Virus record (IMG/VR): IMGVR_UViG_3300037258_000590
Coordinates: 62,001 to 126,000 of that record
Direction: 5' to 3' (one strand)
Length of the DNA stretch: 64,000 bases
Under the pieces are notes generated by a model. It had not been told where the DNA came from. It did no database searches and saw only the letters and a program-made list of their open reading frames with translations. The stretch's first letter is position 1. The number at the start of each line of letters is the position of its first letter. The position numbers and the translations under genes are program-made. Shown here piece after piece: positions 16,032-27,070 of this stretch.

Positions 16032-16631
16032 GTGGACGAGCAGGTAAAAAGACTCACAATTCACTCCGCCCTTGGTTTCCTGGTCGCCGCCGGGCCTGCC
16101 GGGGTGACGACCGTGCAGGTCGCGCAAGCCTTCACGCACCCGGTCAGCTACCATCAGCGGTCTAACCGGGCCAGCCAGATCACGTGCCAGCTGGCCCGGG
16201 AAGGCTGCGCGGAACGGCTGGGCATGGAACGCTCTCCGCTGTACCGGCACAACCTGGTCGGGCGCTGGCGTGCCACCGAAGCCGGGATCGCCCGGTACGG
16301 GTCCGGTTCACAGGCGGATTCGCGCCGGGAGCGGATCCCGTACCAGGTGCGGGACAGGACGGCGGCCTGCAATGCGGTTCCGGAAGCCCGCCGGGAAGCC
16401 CTGGCCGCGGTCCGCGAGGAGCTGGCCGGCCTGGTCCAGTCGGGCCAGCCGCTCATCATCGCGCGCTGCTGGCGGGCCCGCAAGATCCTGCGGCTGCGCG
16501 AAGTCCCGTGCACGCTGACCGAGATCGGGTTGCTGTTCGACCTGACCCTGGTACGGATCCGGCAGATCGAGCTGGGGCACGACGCCCCGTGCCACTGCCC
16601 GCCGTGCCGCGCCGCGAAAGCTAAGGCCTGA
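16032..16631 (+). CDS. Putative DNA-binding protein with sigma70 region-4-like HTH
   Basis: TLTEIGLLFDLTLVRIRQIE. Confidence 0.6.
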   Translation: MDEQVKRLTIHSALGFLVAAGPAGVTTVQVAQAFTHPVSYHQRSNRASQITCQLAREGCAERLGMERSPLYRHNLVGRWRATEAGIARYGSGSQADSRRERIPYQVRDRTAACNAVPEARREALAAVREELAGLVQSGQPLIIARCWRARKILRLREVPCTLTEIGLLFDLTLVRIRQIELGHDAPCHCPPCRAAKAKA

Positions 16632-16633
16632 CG

Positions 16634-17005
16634 TTGGCAGCACCGCCGAGATGGATGCGGCTCACCGATGCGCTGCACGATCCGGAAGTCAGTTTCGGCG
16701 ACAAGATCGCGATCGGCGCAGCGTGTATTGAGGAGGAAGCGCTGATGCGGACCGCGCGGCTGTTTGCGGGGGACGCTAGAGCCCCGGCATGGTATATCGC
16801 GCACGGCGGCCGGTTCCGGTTCAGTGAGGACGGCGAGCACCTGATGATCCAGGTCCCGGTACAGCCCTCCGCGCTCAACGCCGGCTTAGAGCGCTCCCGT
16901 GAAAGAGCAGAGGCCTCTCCAGCCAGGACAGCCAGCGGGCGCCTTAGGAGAGACCTCTGCCGGAAGGCCCGCGAAGACCCTTGCGCGGCAGCCAGGCCAG
17001 GTTAG
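16634..17005 (+). CDS. Hypothetical protein
   Basis: 123-aa ORF directly following the previous gene. Confidence 0.4.
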   Translation: MAAPPRWMRLTDALHDPEVSFGDKIAIGAACIEEEALMRTARLFAGDARAPAWYIAHGGRFRFSEDGEHLMIQVPVQPSALNAGLERSRERAEASPARTASGRLRRDLCRKAREDPCAAARPG

Positions 17006-17196
17006 CAGCCGGCCTGAGAGCTACGGTACCTCGCCGGAGGCGGTCAGGAAACCGCGTGCCGCGTGCACTAGCACTATGACAGGTCAAGTCCAGGATCTGA
17101 CCGCCCGCTCGGCGCTAGAGCGCCTGATCCAGGCTGGCCCGGCAGGGCTGGCGGCAGGCCGCCCGCTGAGGCGGGACCTGCGGTCCCAGACGCAGA

Positions 17197-19394
17197 TCAG
17201 GCTCTAGGCCGGAACAGGGCCTCGTAAGCCGCCGCCCAGTCGCGCCAGTGATCTTCGATCAGGTACCGGCAGGCCATATCCCGGGCCGCCTCGCCCATAG
17301 TAACCCGCAAGTCATTATCGGCGGCGAGGAGGCTCATGTACTTAAGCCATTCATGGTCTTGCTTTACCAGGAACCCGTTGACGCCGTGCTCGATGACCGG
17401 GCGGTAGGCCTCGCAGTCGCTTGCGATCGCCGGGATCCCGCGAGCCCCGTACTCAATCGCTTTGATCGCGCTATTGTGGCTGTATATTCCGGCGGCTGAG
17501 AACGCTTCGCCGTCTACCTGGATGTCTACCGGGCAGACTATCCACGGCTCTACGACGGCGATCTCGTCTTCCCAGCGGATCGGCTGTATCATATTGCAGC
17601 CGCGAGGATCACGAACCCTGTCTGTGGCGTGGAGCAACACGGCGCGCTTCCGCTCGGAAAGGAATCCGACGCGTGCGGCGAACAGCCGGGTCTCATTCAG
17701 CCGCAGCCAGACTTGCCAGTAGACACGATCGGCATACGATGACCGCTGGGGCCCCCGGCAGGCCCGGACAACAGACGGGATGCCGATGCTCCACAGCAGC
17801 CGCTGCACGTCCCGGGCCAGATCTTCGCTCTTACTGGCCAGGCTGACTGCCGATTTAGTTACGTGCCCGTCTGCCTCGAACAGCCCGGCCAGGAACGCTG
17901 TACGCACCGGGTGCGGACTGCGGAAAATCACATCCGGAACCCGCAGCGTACGCTCCCGCCGCTGGCCCAGCTTCGAATGCGGCCTCCCTGCACCGACCGC
18001 GCACAGAAACCGGGACAGATGCGCGCTGGCTACGCTGACCGACCGGCGCCGCAGCACCTCACCGTCCCAGGTCGTGACTGCTTCCGCGGTAGCCCGGAAC
18101 CCGGCGGCTTCCAGATCAGTGATCAGCGCCTTGATCAGGTCGCCGTCCTGGCCGTCACAGGAGAACTTAATCGCGGTCTTACCCGAGAAATTGCCGTCCC
18201 CTGTGAACAGGCCGAGGATACGACCCCAGGTTTCGGTAATGGCGACGGACGGCCCCTCGGCCACATCCAGGAATGCCATCGGATGCACAGCGCCGGAACG
18301 CGTAACCCGGCCGTCAGCCGGCCAGGGTACGCGACGGACAGGCAGCTCCGGGCATTCCTCCTGGACTAGCCGGAGCTTATCGCCACACCGCAAGTCCCGG
18401 GCTTGACGCCACGTCCCTCCGCTATCCATCAGGCGGTGTTCAGGCGTGACTGCGACCTGGAGTCCGCGAGCTGTAGTGATGCGCATTCCGGCCCGTTGCA
18501 GCTGATGTTCCACGGCACGCACTTCGCGCCAGCCGTCCAGCCAGACGTTCATGCCTGCTTCGATCACGCCTGCTTCGATCACGCCTTGATCCGTCGAGAC
18601 TCGCATACTTGAATCTATGCATTTCGACTGATTGAAGGTGGTCGGCGCGAGCGGGCACAGGCCTATGTCGAAATCAATACTTACGTAGAACTCTTGCGGG
18701 TGCTGGTTGACCTGCATCCAGGGCACGTAGGACATCCGGTCTGCCGGAGCCTTGACGGTGGGCCGGTAGTCGGTGGCGTTGCACTGGAAGTCCCAGCCGG
18801 GAAAACGCCGCAGGAACCGGCGCACCGGATCGGCGACGATACCGATATCGACGCCGTGACTGGCCCCGCCCATCCAGCCGACCCGCGGGCGGGCACGCTC
18901 CAGCCTGGGCAGCGTGCACACCCAGCCTGGTATGCAGTTGGGCAGCACGGCAACCGCCGGGTTGTACTCGCGCATGACCTGGGCCAGCGGTTCGGTGCTC
19001 ACGGTCACCAGGTCGGCCGTCTGCGCGGCGTGCTCGATCGCGTCGCGGATGTCGGGGCGCCCGTACAGCGTATAAGCGTTCCAGTTGTCCGGCGTGACGT
19101 GGAATACATCGTCATCCAGCTCGAACACCAGCCGTGAGTGCGGGGTGCGGGCCCGCCGCCAGACAGGCAGGCCGTCATGCTTGTTCCAGCGCTGAGCCAC
19201 GATGACGTCGTAGCCCTGCAGGCTGGCCAGCGTGATGCGAGGCGGCGTGCCCGCCTGGTCTCCGGCATCGGCGAACGTGACCTCGAAGTCCGCATCGGAT
19301 TCGTCCTGGCACGCCAGCTCTTTGAGCGGCAGCTCCATGCGATACCAGGACAGGAGCACCCGGAGCCGCCGTCGTGTCCGGCGAAGATCTTCAC
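17197..19394 (-). CDS. GT-B (GT4-like) glycosyltransferase with intein; frameshift near 5' end
   Basis: FELDDD, VGWMGGASH, DIGLCPL..FNQSK|intein|SAIKAIEYGARGIPAIASD; N-terminus MKIFAGHDGGSGC lies in another frame owing to a TCCTG duplication at 19346-19355. Confidence 0.8.
17473..18621 (-). mobile_element. Intein with LAGLIDADG endonuclease in glycosyltransferase (383 aa)
   Basis: CIDSS start, TPEHRL block B, LGLFTGDG and FLAGLFEADG, ends SHN with Ser+1. Confidence 0.92.
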
Positions 19395-19651
19395 AGGTGC
19401 GGGTTCACCAGCTGCATCGGCTGATCCTTCCGGTAGCGGTAACCAGCAGAACCTTACAAGGCTTTTCGCGTACTATCCTCGCGTACAGGCTGGGATGTGG
19501 GCTTAGAGGCAGCCATCATCTAAGGAGTGAGGACACGCTGCCTCTTGTCCGAGGGCACCTGCGGTAAGAGCAGGAACGCTGGCGGGCGGGAGGGTAAACA
19601 GGGATCTTCTCTGGCGTAACAGCACACCAGGCTTCGCTTGCACCATACGCG

Positions 19652-19870
19652 TCACGCTGATCCCAGCCACCTGGCGTAAGCCCGGCCGTAGTCCCTGCCC
19701 ATGCAAGCCGAGCACAGCTTACGGGCCGGGCCGCCTGGCATGGCGAACATACGCCGGTTCCCGGCCGAGCTGCGGATGACAACCGGGGTGCCGGAGTCCT
19801 GATCCCGCCAGCGGTGGAACCACCGGCACCACAGGGCGCGCTTGAACGCCTGCCGCCACCTCGTGCTCAC
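19652..19870 (-). CDS. Hypothetical protein
   Basis: GTG start overlapping the upstream stop. Confidence 0.35.
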   Translation of the reverse strand: MSTRWRQAFKRALWCRWFHRWRDQDSGTPVVIRSSAGNRRMFAMPGGPARKLCSACMGRDYGRAYARWLGSA

Positions 19871-20082
19871 TGCGAGTGCCCCTGCATAAGCTGCTGCCCG
19901 CGCTCGGTGATCAGCAGGATCATGACCTGCGCACGGTCCAGGTTCGCGATCGCGAACTCCTGGCTGTCGCAGTACCCGCCGTCCGCGTGGCGGATCACGG
20001 CATCGCGCGAGATCAGCTGGACGGGCAGCCGGTGCCGTGCGCACGTGATGGCCCCGGCTGCCGCGTTCACCGTTCCTCGCAT
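19867..20082 (-). CDS. Hypothetical protein
   Basis: 71-aa ORF in minus-strand gene chain. Confidence 0.4.
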   Translation of the reverse strand: MRGTVNAAAGAITCARHRLPVQLISRDAVIRHADGGYCDSQEFAIANLDRAQVMILLITERGQQLMQGHSQ

Positions 20083-20618
20083 GTGCAGCCCGGCCCGTGG
20101 GCCATCACGCCGATGGCCGGCCGGCCACAGCGCGGAACCGCAAGCTCGTAGGCGTACCAGATATGCACGGTGACACCGGTTACCTGCCCGGCGGAAGCGC
20201 GGGTGACGACCTCGCTGCGGGTCACCGTGAACGGCCCCAGCGACGGCGGTTCCGGCCTCGGCAGTGCGGCGGGCACCAGCTCGTCATGCCAGGCGATCAC
20301 CGGGTCCCGGACGACGCTGGTAACGGCGCTCACCGCGGGTGCACGACCGTATGCTTCCGGCGGCCCAAGCCCGTGCTCTGCGCAGCGGTCACCAGCGCCA
20401 GCCCGGTGATGTCCCGTGCGGTCACGCCATCGCCAGCACTTCCCCGTCCGCCGCGCCCAGGACCTCGGCCAGCTCAGCACGGCTGCCGGCCGACCGCATC
20501 GGCGGCGGCCCTGCCCAGCGGGCGTCCCAGGACCAGGACCCGTCCGCCTGCTCCTGCAGCTGGATCAGCGCGGACCTGCGCGGCCGGATGTCTTGCGCGG
20601 TATCCGCAGCAAGGTCGC

Positions 20619-20975
20619 TCATCGCCGGCGCCGCCCGGGAACGACCAGGCCGGACGGCGTGTTCGCGGCCTGCAGCCCGGATCCGGACAGGCTGTCGCGC
20701 AGCTCGGCAAGCGTGTCGGCCCACTCGGCGGCGTCCCCCCGGGTCAGGGTGACGGTGATCGTCGCGGTGGTGGTCCGGATGGTGACGATGCCGACTTCAC
20801 CAGCCGGCACCGGCAGCTTGCCGGTCAGGAGCTGAGACGGGACCGCCGTGGCGAGCAGCCAGTTACCCGTGTCGTACAGCGGCGGCAGGCCGTCCGCTTC
20901 AGCGCAAGCTGACGGGTCCTGGATCGGGCGCCCCTGCGGGACCTGCTCCGGTGCTTGCGCGGGCGTATCGGGCAT
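20619..20975 (-). CDS. Hypothetical protein
   Basis: 118-aa ORF starting 10 nt after the GT2 stop. Confidence 0.5.
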   Translation of the reverse strand: MPDTPAQAPEQVPQGRPIQDPSACAEADGLPPLYDTGNWLLATAVPSQLLTGKLPVPAGEVGIVTIRTTTATITVTLTRGDAAEWADTLAELRDSLSGSGLQAANTPSGLVVPGRRRR

Positions 20976-20984
20976 GACGGCAGC

Positions 20985-21605
20985 TTACCGGTACAGCGAT
21001 GGCCACACGTCGACTGTCTCATCATCGACGCGGACGTGCGGTATCCCGGCGTTGATCATGGCGAGCACGAAGTCCCAGTCCTCGAACTGGCCGGCATGGT
21101 CCCAGCCGGGCAGCCCGTCCAGCACGCCGCGGCGGTGCATGACCATCGGAGTGCCGACGTTCCCGCACGCGAGCGGGCCATGGCCGATGACGGCCTCGCC
21201 GCCGGGCCCGTGACTGACCATCCGGGACACCGCGAAACCAGCCTCGGGGTTAGCGTCGAGCGCTGCGGCGAGCAGGTGGCAGTGCATCGGCCGCAGCGCG
21301 TCATCATCATCGCAGTACGTGATGTAGTCTCCGGCTGCGTATTCCAGGCCGTAATCGCGGGCCAGGTGCCCGTAGTGCTTGTCCGGGTCGTGCTCAGGAA
21401 GTTCCCGGTAGATCAGGTTCCGCCAGCCGTCCAGCCACGGCACCGACAGCTGCGCGGCCAGCTCGCTGTCCCGGCCGTCTGAGATCACCAGGTGCTCGGT
21501 CTGCGGATAGCCCTGAGCCTGCACGGACGGGATGGTCCTCTTGAGCAGCAATTCGTGTCTTTGCCAGGTCGGCGTGATCACGGTCACCAGCGGCAGGCTC
21601 ACCAT
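20985..21605 (-). CDS. GT2-family glycosyltransferase
   Basis: VTVITPTW, VISDG, YITYCDDDD, EDWDF. Confidence 0.85.
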   Translation of the reverse strand: MVSLPLVTVITPTWQRHELLLKRTIPSVQAQGYPQTEHLVISDGRDSELAAQLSVPWLDGWRNLIYRELPEHDPDKHYGHLARDYGLEYAAGDYITYCDDDDALRPMHCHLLAAALDANPEAGFAVSRMVSHGPGGEAVIGHGPLACGNVGTPMVMHRRGVLDGLPGWDHAGQFEDWDFVLAMINAGIPHVRVDDETVDVWPSLYR

Positions 21606-21921
21606 AGCTCCCGGGGCGGCAGGTCCGCCAGCACGCTGTCACGCGGGTCCTCGCAAGCCAGGTGGCAGGCAGCATGGTCATGCACGCCCTGGTAAGCGGG
21701 TCCGGGCCGGGCCACGGCGGGAACCCCCTCATTGCTGACCGCCTGATTCACGCGGTCGTAACCCCGCCAGCCCGCGCAGCCCCGGCGCCAGCCGCCTGTC
21801 CGCCCGGCGGCCAGCGAGGCAGGTGCCCGCTGGACGGCGCAGTGCGGGCAGAAGCCCTCGCAGACAGCGGCAGACCAGCGCCGGTAACGCCCGGCCCAGG
21901 CGCTGTCCGCGGCAGCAGTAC

Positions 21922-22212
21922 TCACGGCTGCCGCCAGGCCATCCAGTCCGGCACCGCGGCGCAGACCTGCTCCGGGCGCACGAGATCGTGATCAAGCCAG
22001 TTGCCGGCCTCGCCCGTGTCCTGGTTCCAGCCCCAGAAGTGCCTGCAGGCGATACAGTGCCCGGCAATGCGGCGCGGCGGCGCGGCCACGGCGTCCATCG
22101 GCGTCCGGTGGACCGGGCAGCGGCTTGCGCTGATCGCGGCGGTGAGGTGCTGGTACATGCCTGCGACCGTCTCCGGCGTAGCGTCCAGGATGACCGCTTC
22201 CGCGGGGGTCAT
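21922..22212 (-). CDS. Hypothetical protein (Cys motifs)
   Basis: CPVH...CIAC. Confidence 0.45.
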   Translation of the reverse strand: MTPAEAVILDATPETVAGMYQHLTAAISASRCPVHRTPMDAVAAPPRRIAGHCIACRHFWGWNQDTGEAGNWLDHDLVRPEQVCAAVPDWMAWRQP

Positions 22213-22548
22213 GCGTGCTCCCGCCGCCAGTGCCGGCGCCAGGCCTTCCAGGCGCGCGGAGTCCCGAGCCGCTTACGCCAGGCGCACCCGGTGACGGTGA
22301 CGCCGCCCGCCCGGCTGCTGCTGCGCTCGCTCCACGAGCACATGATTGTGCTGCCGCCTCTGTCCGGCTGCGGGCGCGCGGTCATCCTGGCCTCCTGTAC
22401 CAGAGGCCGCCTGCGAGAATCGCGATAATCACCCAGCTGAACGCGGTCGCCAGCCAGTCCGGGCCCGCATGCCATACCAGGGCATGAATGAGCCCCGCGC
22501 CAGCTAGCACCAGCAGCAGCAGTTCAGGCGCCGGCCTGAGAATGCGCA

Positions 22549-23283
22549 TCAGTATGGCCACCGGTCCGGGATGTTCAGCTTGCGGTTGAATTCGGCTAGC
22601 TCCCTGGGCATGAAAGCCGTGCCGCCGAGTTTAGCGATGTCGCTGTTGAGGCCGCCAGCGCCCGCCCGCCTGGAGTAGGCGTGCCAGGCAGCCAGGTCGG
22701 TGCCGGTCCGCGCGAAGCTGCGCGCGTAAGTCTCGTCGTGAGCGGCGCCAAGGGTGTAGTGATGATGCGGTATGAGCACGTCGCGCAGGAACTCATGCCC
22801 GCAGGCCGTGCACCAGGCATACCAGGCGACATCCACGTACATATGGCTGATTTCCGGCGGTCCCATGTAGCCCAGCGTTTCCACGACGTCGGTCCGCATG
22901 AAAATGTGGCAGCTCAGCGACCCGGGCTCGCGCGTCGGGTACAGGTCATTGGCGAACGCGAACGGCTGCCGCTCCAGCGCCCTGAGGACCGCGGTATCCC
23001 AGCCGTCTGATGAGCAGGTGTTGTCGTCACCCACCGTGCCGACCGCGCTGAAGCCGCCCAGCGTCATCAGCGCCAGGTGGTTGACCCAGGCGGTGACGTA
23101 GCGGAGCCCGTCCTGGACCACGTAACCAGGACCGGACGGGTAGTCCGCCAGCTGCGGGTCATCAGCGTCCAGGCCGGCCAGCAGGACGGTGCGGGCGGTG
23201 CAGGTACGGCGCATCGACTCCCAGAGCCGGGCCATGTTCTGCGGGCGCCCGCGGCTGGGCACGAACAGGCCGATGTCATCCAC
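22549..23283 (-). CDS. GT-A fold glycosyltransferase-like protein
   Basis: FVPSRGRP, GLDADD, TVGDD, HMYVD. Confidence 0.7.
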   Translation of the reverse strand: MDDIGLFVPSRGRPQNMARLWESMRRTCTARTVLLAGLDADDPQLADYPSGPGYVVQDGLRYVTAWVNHLALMTLGGFSAVGTVGDDNTCSSDGWDTAVLRALERQPFAFANDLYPTREPGSLSCHIFMRTDVVETLGYMGPPEISHMYVDVAWYAWCTACGHEFLRDVLIPHHHYTLGAAHDETYARSFARTGTDLAAWHAYSRRAGAGGLNSDIAKLGGTAFMPRELAEFNRKLNIPDRWPY

Positions 23284-23316
23284 GGAAAAGCCCCGCCGTC
23301 CATGCTTGCGGTGAGG

Positions 23317-23985
23317 TCACGGGCGTTCCCTGATTCCGGTAACAGGAATACCCACGATAAATCCGCGGGAGGGCGTCAGGGCGTTATCGTACCGGACCAG
23401 CTCTGTCGTGTAACCGAGCCTGTCAAGAAGGGCTGTGCACTGATCCCGGATGCCCATCTGCGCAGCGAAATCGTACACGTCAGTATGGTCTTCGATCAGC
23501 AGCTGAGGCCGGTACCGCCGTAGCGTTTCCGCACCGCCTTGCAGGACACCGAATTCAGCCCCCTCTACGTCTATCTTGATCCGGTCAAGCCGGGAGAAAC
23601 CCTCAGTAAGCTGGTCAAGCGTTGAATACCGCGCGTCCTTGCCTGCGTGATGTTCCGGATAGGGCGCAGCGTCTAGCTTAGCCCTGAACTCTGGCGTGTA
23701 GCCGCCCGGAGCAGACAAGGCACAGCTGGCAACGGTCAGCCGGGCCAGGTCGAGCCCGTTCAGCTCGCACAAGCTGACCAGGCGGGACGTATAAGCCGCA
23801 GACGGATCGACAGCATAGACAACAGCTCCCGCGATCAGGGCCGGGATCGTGTAACTGCCGATATGACAGCCGACGTCAACCACGACCTCACCGGGCTGAA
23901 CCTGCCAGTACGCAGCCCTGATCCCCGCTTCGTCTTCGAAATACCCGGTGACATCCGGATTGCCGGGGAGACGCAGGCTGTGCAT
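23317..23985 (-). CDS. FkbM-family methyltransferase
   Basis: VVDVGCHIGSYT, AVDP, IKIDVEGAE. Confidence 0.85.
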   Translation of the reverse strand: MHSLRLPGNPDVTGYFEDEAGIRAAYWQVQPGEVVVDVGCHIGSYTIPALIAGAVVYAVDPSAAYTSRLVSLCELNGLDLARLTVASCALSAPGGYTPEFRAKLDAAPYPEHHAGKDARYSTLDQLTEGFSRLDRIKIDVEGAEFGVLQGGAETLRRYRPQLLIEDHTDVYDFAAQMGIRDQCTALLDRLGYTTELVRYDNALTPSRGFIVGIPVTGIRERP

Positions 23986-24266
23986 CACAGCACCCCGGCG
24001 AGAATCAGGGCACCCAAGATGACAAGCGCAGCAGCCAGCCCGGTCACGGCGACGATGAGCCCGTTGACTACGCATCCGATCTGGCGGCCGATGTCATCCA
24101 CCAGGCAGCACCACCGTCCACGCCTGCGTCCAGCCGGCACGTTCAGCGCGTGCCGGGCAGCCTTCGCCATCCCAGCCTGCGCAAACCCACACGGTGCCGG
24201 TGTAGCCGTTGCCGATGTCGCCGGAGCGAGCTTTCATGGCCCCGTGCACGGGGCACTGCGGCGGGG

Positions 24267-24905
24267 TCATGCGCGCTCTCCGGGCACGCAGGCCAGGTAC
24301 GTGCGCGGCGGCGGCCCGTACGGGACTTCGGTCACCTCGTAGCCGAGGCCGGCCAGCAGGTCCAGGCACTTGCCCTTGCTGCCGGAGGCGGCGGTGTACG
24401 GGTAGACCTCGGTATGGTCCTCGATCAGCAGCCTTGGCCGGAACCGGGTCAGCGCGGCGCGCCCGCTGCGCAGCACGCCCAGTTCAGCGCCTTCCACGTC
24501 GATCTTGATCCAGTCCAGCCAGGTCAGGCCCGTGGTTACAGCGTCGAGCGTGATCCAGGGCACGTCCCGCGGCGGGATCAGGTAGCTGTACGGTGAGGCC
24601 TCCAGCGCCGCGCGCATATCCGCAGGATACCCGGCTGTATCGAAGACAGCGGCGTTGCGGACGGTGTACCAGGTCAGCTGGTTGAGCCGTGCGACCCGTT
24701 CCAGCTTGGCCGTCGCGCCGGCATCGGGATCCACGGCGAGCACCCGGGCGCCCGCCATCAGGGCCGGGATCGTGTAGCTGCCGACCGCGGCGCCGAGATC
24801 GATCACGGTGTCGCCTGCCTGCGGATGCCAGTACGCGTCCCGGACGTCCTGCTCGTCGGCGTACGCGGCGGCCAGCCCCGGCTCGTCCGGCAGCAGGATG
24901 CCCAT
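24267..24905 (-). CDS. FkbM-family methyltransferase (paralog)
   Basis: VIDLGAAVGSYT, IKIDVEGAE. Confidence 0.85.
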   Translation of the reverse strand: MGILLPDEPGLAAAYADEQDVRDAYWHPQAGDTVIDLGAAVGSYTIPALMAGARVLAVDPDAGATAKLERVARLNQLTWYTVRNAAVFDTAGYPADMRAALEASPYSYLIPPRDVPWITLDAVTTGLTWLDWIKIDVEGAELGVLRSGRAALTRFRPRLLIEDHTEVYPYTAASGSKGKCLDLLAGLGYEVTEVPYGPPPRTYLACVPGERA

Positions 24906-25549
24906 CAGCAGCTCCCTTCGGTGTCCAGCACGGTCAGCCAAGGATAAGCGGGCAGCGGCTGGATAGCGGCGAGGAGCAGCGGACGGCGGCGCGTCCGGTG
25001 GGAGTCGGTGCTGGAGAACTGGTACCTGTACATGACTTCGGGGATCCAGGCTTCCTCGCGGACGAGCCCGGTAGCGCGGATAGCGGCGGCCCACCGGTAA
25101 TCCTCGCTGTCGCCGCCGTCGAAGCGCGCCATGACGGCGATGTCACGGCGGACCGGGTTCAGGTGAGAGATGTCCCGGACCAGCCGTTCTGGCCAGTCGT
25201 GCCAGCCGTCGTACCGGATGGAATGCTCGGCGCGCTGGGCGGGCAGGCCGTCCACGGTGCAGTCGACCATGAAGCCCACGTAGTCCGGGCGGGCGCCCAG
25301 CTCGGACAGCACCCGGAACGTGAACTGCGGGGAAACCCAGTCGTCATCGTCGGCGAAGCTGACGTACCCGGCAGAGCTGGCTTCGGTCAGCGCCTGCCGT
25401 TTCACCGCGACGGGCGCGGTCAGGTTGTCACGGTACAGCAGGGCCCCGAACCCGGGGCGGGCCTGGGCATCCAGGCTGGCCAGCAGCCCGCACAGCTGTT
25501 CGTGCCGGTGCGGGATGGTGGCGATGAGCAGCTGCCACAGCAAGCTCAT
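24905..25549 (-). CDS. GT2-like glycosyltransferase
   Basis: LIATIPHR, YVSFADDDD, SEDY. Confidence 0.8.
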   Translation of the reverse strand: MSLLWQLLIATIPHRHEQLCGLLASLDAQARPGFGALLYRDNLTAPVAVKRQALTEASSAGYVSFADDDDWVSPQFTFRVLSELGARPDYVGFMVDCTVDGLPAQRAEHSIRYDGWHDWPERLVRDISHLNPVRRDIAVMARFDGGDSEDYRWAAAIRATGLVREEAWIPEVMYRYQFSSTDSHRTRRRPLLLAAIQPLPAYPWLTVLDTEGSC

Positions 25550-26196
25550 GTGCCGAACCTGCGCAGCCACGGGTAGGCGGGGAGTCCCGGCAGCGTCCCG
25601 GATACCGGCTGGCGGGCGGTCTGGAACGTATCCGCGGTGCTCTCCCGGTAGTAGTACATCGCGTCCGGGATCCAGGCTTCGGTGCGGCACCGGCCGGTCG
25701 CGCGGATCCCGGCCGCCCATGCGACCTCGGCCCCGTAGCCGCCGTCGAACGGGACGAGCAGCGCGATCTCCCGGCGTACGGGGTTCTTCTCGCTGATGTC
25801 GCGTTCCAGGCACTGGTCGCTGGCACCCCAGCCGGGGTACCGCAGCGAGTGCTCTACCCGGCGCTGCAGCGCTCCGTCGCGAGTCCACCGGACCGGGTAG
25901 CCCACGTAGTCCGGGCGGTCCCGCAGCGCGGCGGTGACCCGGGCCACGAAATCCGGGGCCACCATGTCATCGTCGTCCACGCAGGACACGTACTCCGCGC
26001 CGGAGTTCTCGATCAGCACCTGGGTCTTGTACCCGTAACTGTGCTCCAGGTTGTCCCGGTACAGCAGCACGCCGACCTCGCCGCGAGCCGCCGGCAGCTG
26101 CCGGCCCAGCTCGGCCAGCAGCTCGCACAGCAGCCCGTGCCGGTGCGGGATCGAGGTGATCAGGATGTCGTAGGAAGGATACGGGCCGCCGGTCAT
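25546..26196 (-). CDS. GT2-like glycosyltransferase (paralog)
   Basis: LITSIPHR, YVSCVDDDD; 4-nt overlap with the next gene. Confidence 0.8.
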   Translation of the reverse strand: MTGGPYPSYDILITSIPHRHGLLCELLAELGRQLPAARGEVGVLLYRDNLEHSYGYKTQVLIENSGAEYVSCVDDDDMVAPDFVARVTAALRDRPDYVGYPVRWTRDGALQRRVEHSLRYPGWGASDQCLERDISEKNPVRREIALLVPFDGGYGAEVAWAAGIRATGRCRTEAWIPDAMYYYRESTADTFQTARQPVSGTLPGLPAYPWLRRFGT

Positions 26197-26525
26197 GCCA
26201 CCGCGGCCCTCGCCTGTTCCAGTTCTTCGATGTTGCTGCCGTTGACGGGAAGTGCCCAGATCCGGTCGTCTGCGTACCGGGGATGTTCCGGCGGCAATGT
26301 CTTCAGCCGGAAATGGCCCAGCCGCCGGATGTCCTCCCATTTCTCGATCCACCGGCCGCCTCGCGACCGGGCCAGCACCCGGACACGCCCAGGCAGGTTC
26401 CCGCCGAGCTGAGGGATGACATACGCCCTGGCCCCCGCGGCCACTGCACTGACCGAGACAACGTAATTGCAGGCGATCACCTGACGGTCCGCGCTCCGGC
26501 CGGCTGGTTCCTGGTTCGCGATCAT
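26193..26525 (-). CDS. Hypothetical protein
   Basis: 4-nt overlaps on both sides. Confidence 0.5.
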   Translation of the reverse strand: MIANQEPAGRSADRQVIACNYVVSVSAVAAGARAYVIPQLGGNLPGRVRVLARSRGGRWIEKWEDIRRLGHFRLKTLPPEHPRYADDRIWALPVNGSNIEELEQARAAVA

Positions 26526-27070
26526 GTCAGGATCGGCACGTCCAGCCTGATCGTGTCCCGCTCGTACTCCGTGGCGGCCCGCGGCCCGCGGGTGAGCACC
26601 AGGACAATGCAGTCGGTGACGGCCTTCCAGGCGTGCGGGATGCCAGCCGGCTCGCGGATGAAATCGCAGGCCTGGGCGTCCCGGGTGTGCACGCCGTCAT
26701 CTTCAAGCCAGGCGACCTGCAGCTGCCCGGATACGACGTAGGTCCACTGCGTGGTCAGCTTGTGGACGTGATTGCCGCGCACGGCGCCGGCCCGGGTGAT
26801 GATCTCGGTGACCGCATCAGCGTGCCCGAGCAGGTCCTGGATGCGCCCTCGCTCGTCGGTGAACTGGCCAAGCTCCAGCTGCGCGGTACCGCCAGGTGCG
26901 GTAGCAGCCTCGGCGAGGATGGCCCGCCTGAGCGATTCCAGCTGGGCGGTCGCCAGCTGGCCGTCACCGAGGATGTCGCCGTAGGTGCCTGCGATGACGT
27001 CCCAGACAGCCATGCCAGCCGCCCGTCCGGCCTTTTCCAGGGCGTCGTCGTCGGGATAGCGGTCAGCCAT
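26522..27070 (-). CDS. Cupin, WxcM/FdtA-like NDP-sugar isomerase
   Basis: DERG, RGNHVH...QWTYVVSG, PAGIPHAW. Confidence 0.7.
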   Translation of the reverse strand: MADRYPDDDALEKAGRAAGMAVWDVIAGTYGDILGDGQLATAQLESLRRAILAEAATAPGGTAQLELGQFTDERGRIQDLLGHADAVTEIITRAGAVRGNHVHKLTTQWTYVVSGQLQVAWLEDDGVHTRDAQACDFIREPAGIPHAWKAVTDCIVLVLTRGPRAATEYERDTIRLDVPILT

